Assembly (NCBI RefSeq): GCF_963921235.1
Contig: NC_086097.1
Location: forward strand, 181,848,001 to 181,912,000
DNA length: 64,000 nucleotides
Direction: 5' to 3'
From: Mobula hypostoma
Lineage: Eukaryota
The number at the start of each line of letters is the position of its first letter. The first letter of the stretch is position 1. The notes beneath the pieces are model-generated. The model was not told the DNA's origin. It was given only the letters and a program-made list of their open reading frames with translations, and searched no databases. Made by a program: the position numbers and the translations under genes. Shown in pieces: positions 61,920 to 64,000 of this stretch.

Positions 61920-62390
61920 GCAAGGAAATTTGTACAAGACTGTTATGGGACTTGAGGACCAGAGTTGTAGTGAATGGTTAAATAGGTGAGGACATTATTC
62001 ACTAGAGTGCAGTAGATCGAGGGGAGATCTTGTAGAGGTATACAGAATTATGAGAGTATAGAAAGGGTGAATGCTTGCAGGCTTTGCCCCATGAGGTTGG
62101 GGGAAGACTAGACCTAGAGGTTATAGATTTAGGATAAAGGGTGAAATATTTAAGAGAAATCTCAGGGGGAGCTTCATCACTAGAGGGTGGTGAGAGTGTG
62201 GAATGAGCGAACGTTGTAGATGCAAGTTCACTTGTAATATTGAAGAGAAGTTTGATTATGTACATGGATGGGAGAGGTATGGAGAACTATGGACCAGGTG
62301 CAGGTAGATGGAACTCTACAGAAGTACAGGCTGGCATGGACTAGATAGGTTGAAGGGTCTGTTTCTGTGTTGTAGTGTCTCTATGACTAT
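61920..62390 (+). mobile_element. CR1 3' fragment
   Basis: ggggagatcttgtagaggtatacagaattatgag; tail gaagggtctgtttctgtgttgtagtgtctctatgacta. Confidence 0.75.
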
Positions 62391-64000
62391 AACTGGTGAA
62401 TATATATTCCACCTCATCAATCAAATAAATGGGTTTCAGATGCATGTGGTGTGTTGCCGTTCAGTTGTATGCTACAAACTTATAGGAGAGGAATGGAAGG
62501 CAGTTAGTATGTTATTTCTAACTTGAAGTTGGATATGTACAAGTACTTGCCAACCCACAGATATTTGTTACCCTACTAACCTCAGGATTTTGGCCTTAAA
62601 GGGATAGACATGCCAAGAAATAGCTCAATAATAACTTATGAATTGCACAATAAACCTGAATGATTACAAGTTTGGTGTAATGTTTCATCCTAAATTATAG
62701 TTCCTTTATGCCTGTGATAACTCTCAGAAGAGCGATACCTTGATTAAAAAAAATCTCTGCTTTATTAACCAATCCTTTTATAATCTTTCTTTGCAATCTC
62801 CAGTTTGAGATCTCTGCAATTCTCTAATTCGAGCCATTTTACAGGATCACAATAGACACCACTTGATGCACTAGATGGGTTTGATGTAAGAACAATCTAG
62901 CTGGACCCACTCCCCTGCTCTCTTCCTTTACACCAGTATATTCTCTCTTTTCAGATATCTTTCCATCTTCTTTTTCAACAATGATGCAGTCAAATGTGCC
63001 TCTATTGCTAACAAAGCACTTGTGGAAAAGAAAATTATCCACCATGTTAGTTTCGGTTATTTTACTGTCATTTTCTTTCTTAACCCATTTCCTGTGTGAG
63101 CAGTTTAGCTAAATCTGCTCTGTACTCTTAAAGAATCCATACCTCGATCTGATCTCTTTTTGACCTTCTTTGTTTCAAGAACAATTACAGCATCTCCAGT
63201 TGATCACTTAACTTAGAAACATTTTGTTTAATCTCTCGCTTCTCTCAATACTTGACATTTTCTTTTGATTTCCACCATTGCTCTCAAATGCCAAACCTCT
63301 GGCTGTCCCTTCCTAACTCGTTCCATTGCTCCAGTATTTAGTTTGACCAGGTTTCTGATCATCAACATAATTTTCTGCTTGGGTGGTTGAAAGGCAAATC
63401 TTGTTTAATAATGCTTTTGTGAAGCTTCTTCAGATGTATTACTGTGGTGAAGAACTTGTATAAGTACTTATTCCTGATTTCCAATTCCTTGCATTGTTAG
63501 AGCACAGGACGTAACCATCCGGCCACTTTTCTGGTCGACCAGTTGGATTCTAGTCATTCCCGTTCCTTCACTCTTCCTCCATAAATGTATATATTTTACT
63601 GTCATTTACTGTATTTATCCAGTTTGCTTTTGAAAGATCCAGTTAGTCTGCATTCACCATACTTGCGGTTGTAGTGCATTCCAGACTATATGTGTTCTTA
63701 AGTTTATTGTTGACACAGGCACAGATATACGGGGTATAAATACCGTGAAAATTAGTTTACAGAAGCCGCACTGTTCATGACAAGACAAACATAAGGTAAC
63801 ATAACTGAAAATAACAAATTATACATAACCTACAAATGTGCAAAAAAAAAAATTAATGACACTGATGCTGGATTGAGAGAGTGAGAAAGTAATATATTCC
63901 CAGGTAGTGTTAGTGTTAGTGTTTCTCAGGTCATCTCAAGAACAGTAGGGAAAAAGGTATTTCCTCCTAAGATGTGAAACTATAATCCAAGCTGCTTAAA

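Noticed and set aside
1..64000. Prokaryotic systems (CRISPR array, operons, retron/DGR-type RT loci)
   Set aside because: The sequence is vertebrate repeat DNA. All RT and endonuclease ORFs belong to eukaryotic retroelements, and I saw no regularly spaced repeat-spacer array.

Overview
This is eukaryotic, repeat-dense vertebrate DNA. The mix of CR1, Rex1/Babar, L2, V-SINE and Penelope-like elements suggests an elasmobranch (shark or ray), which is an inference. I recognise no host gene, and most of the window is nested transposable elements. Main contents: (i) a full-length minus-strand CR1 LINE (8238-12267) with an open Zn-finger/SGNH-esterase ORF1 and a frameshifted APE-RT ORF2; (ii) a 5'-truncated CR1 with an uninterrupted 978-codon APE-RT frame (17463-20399); (iii) many Penelope-like element (PLE, GIY-YIG) copies, whose terminal repeat carries a minimal type I hammerhead ribozyme that is intact at 56115-56150; (iv) an R4/Dong/Rex6-type restriction-like-endonuclease LINE fragment; (v) Rex1, L2, SINE and Tigger-like remnants. 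The most notable observations are a U_UUA_AAC -1 slippery heptamer directly before the ORF1 stop of both CR1s, whose ORF2s lack an AUG ahead of the endonuclease domain; a size series of PLE insertions (1602, 200 and 81 bp) with inverted termini, each flanked by a 14-bp target-site duplication; the hammerhead ribozyme; and a circularly permuted R4-clade fragment. Boundaries of degenerate repeats were read by eye and are approximate.
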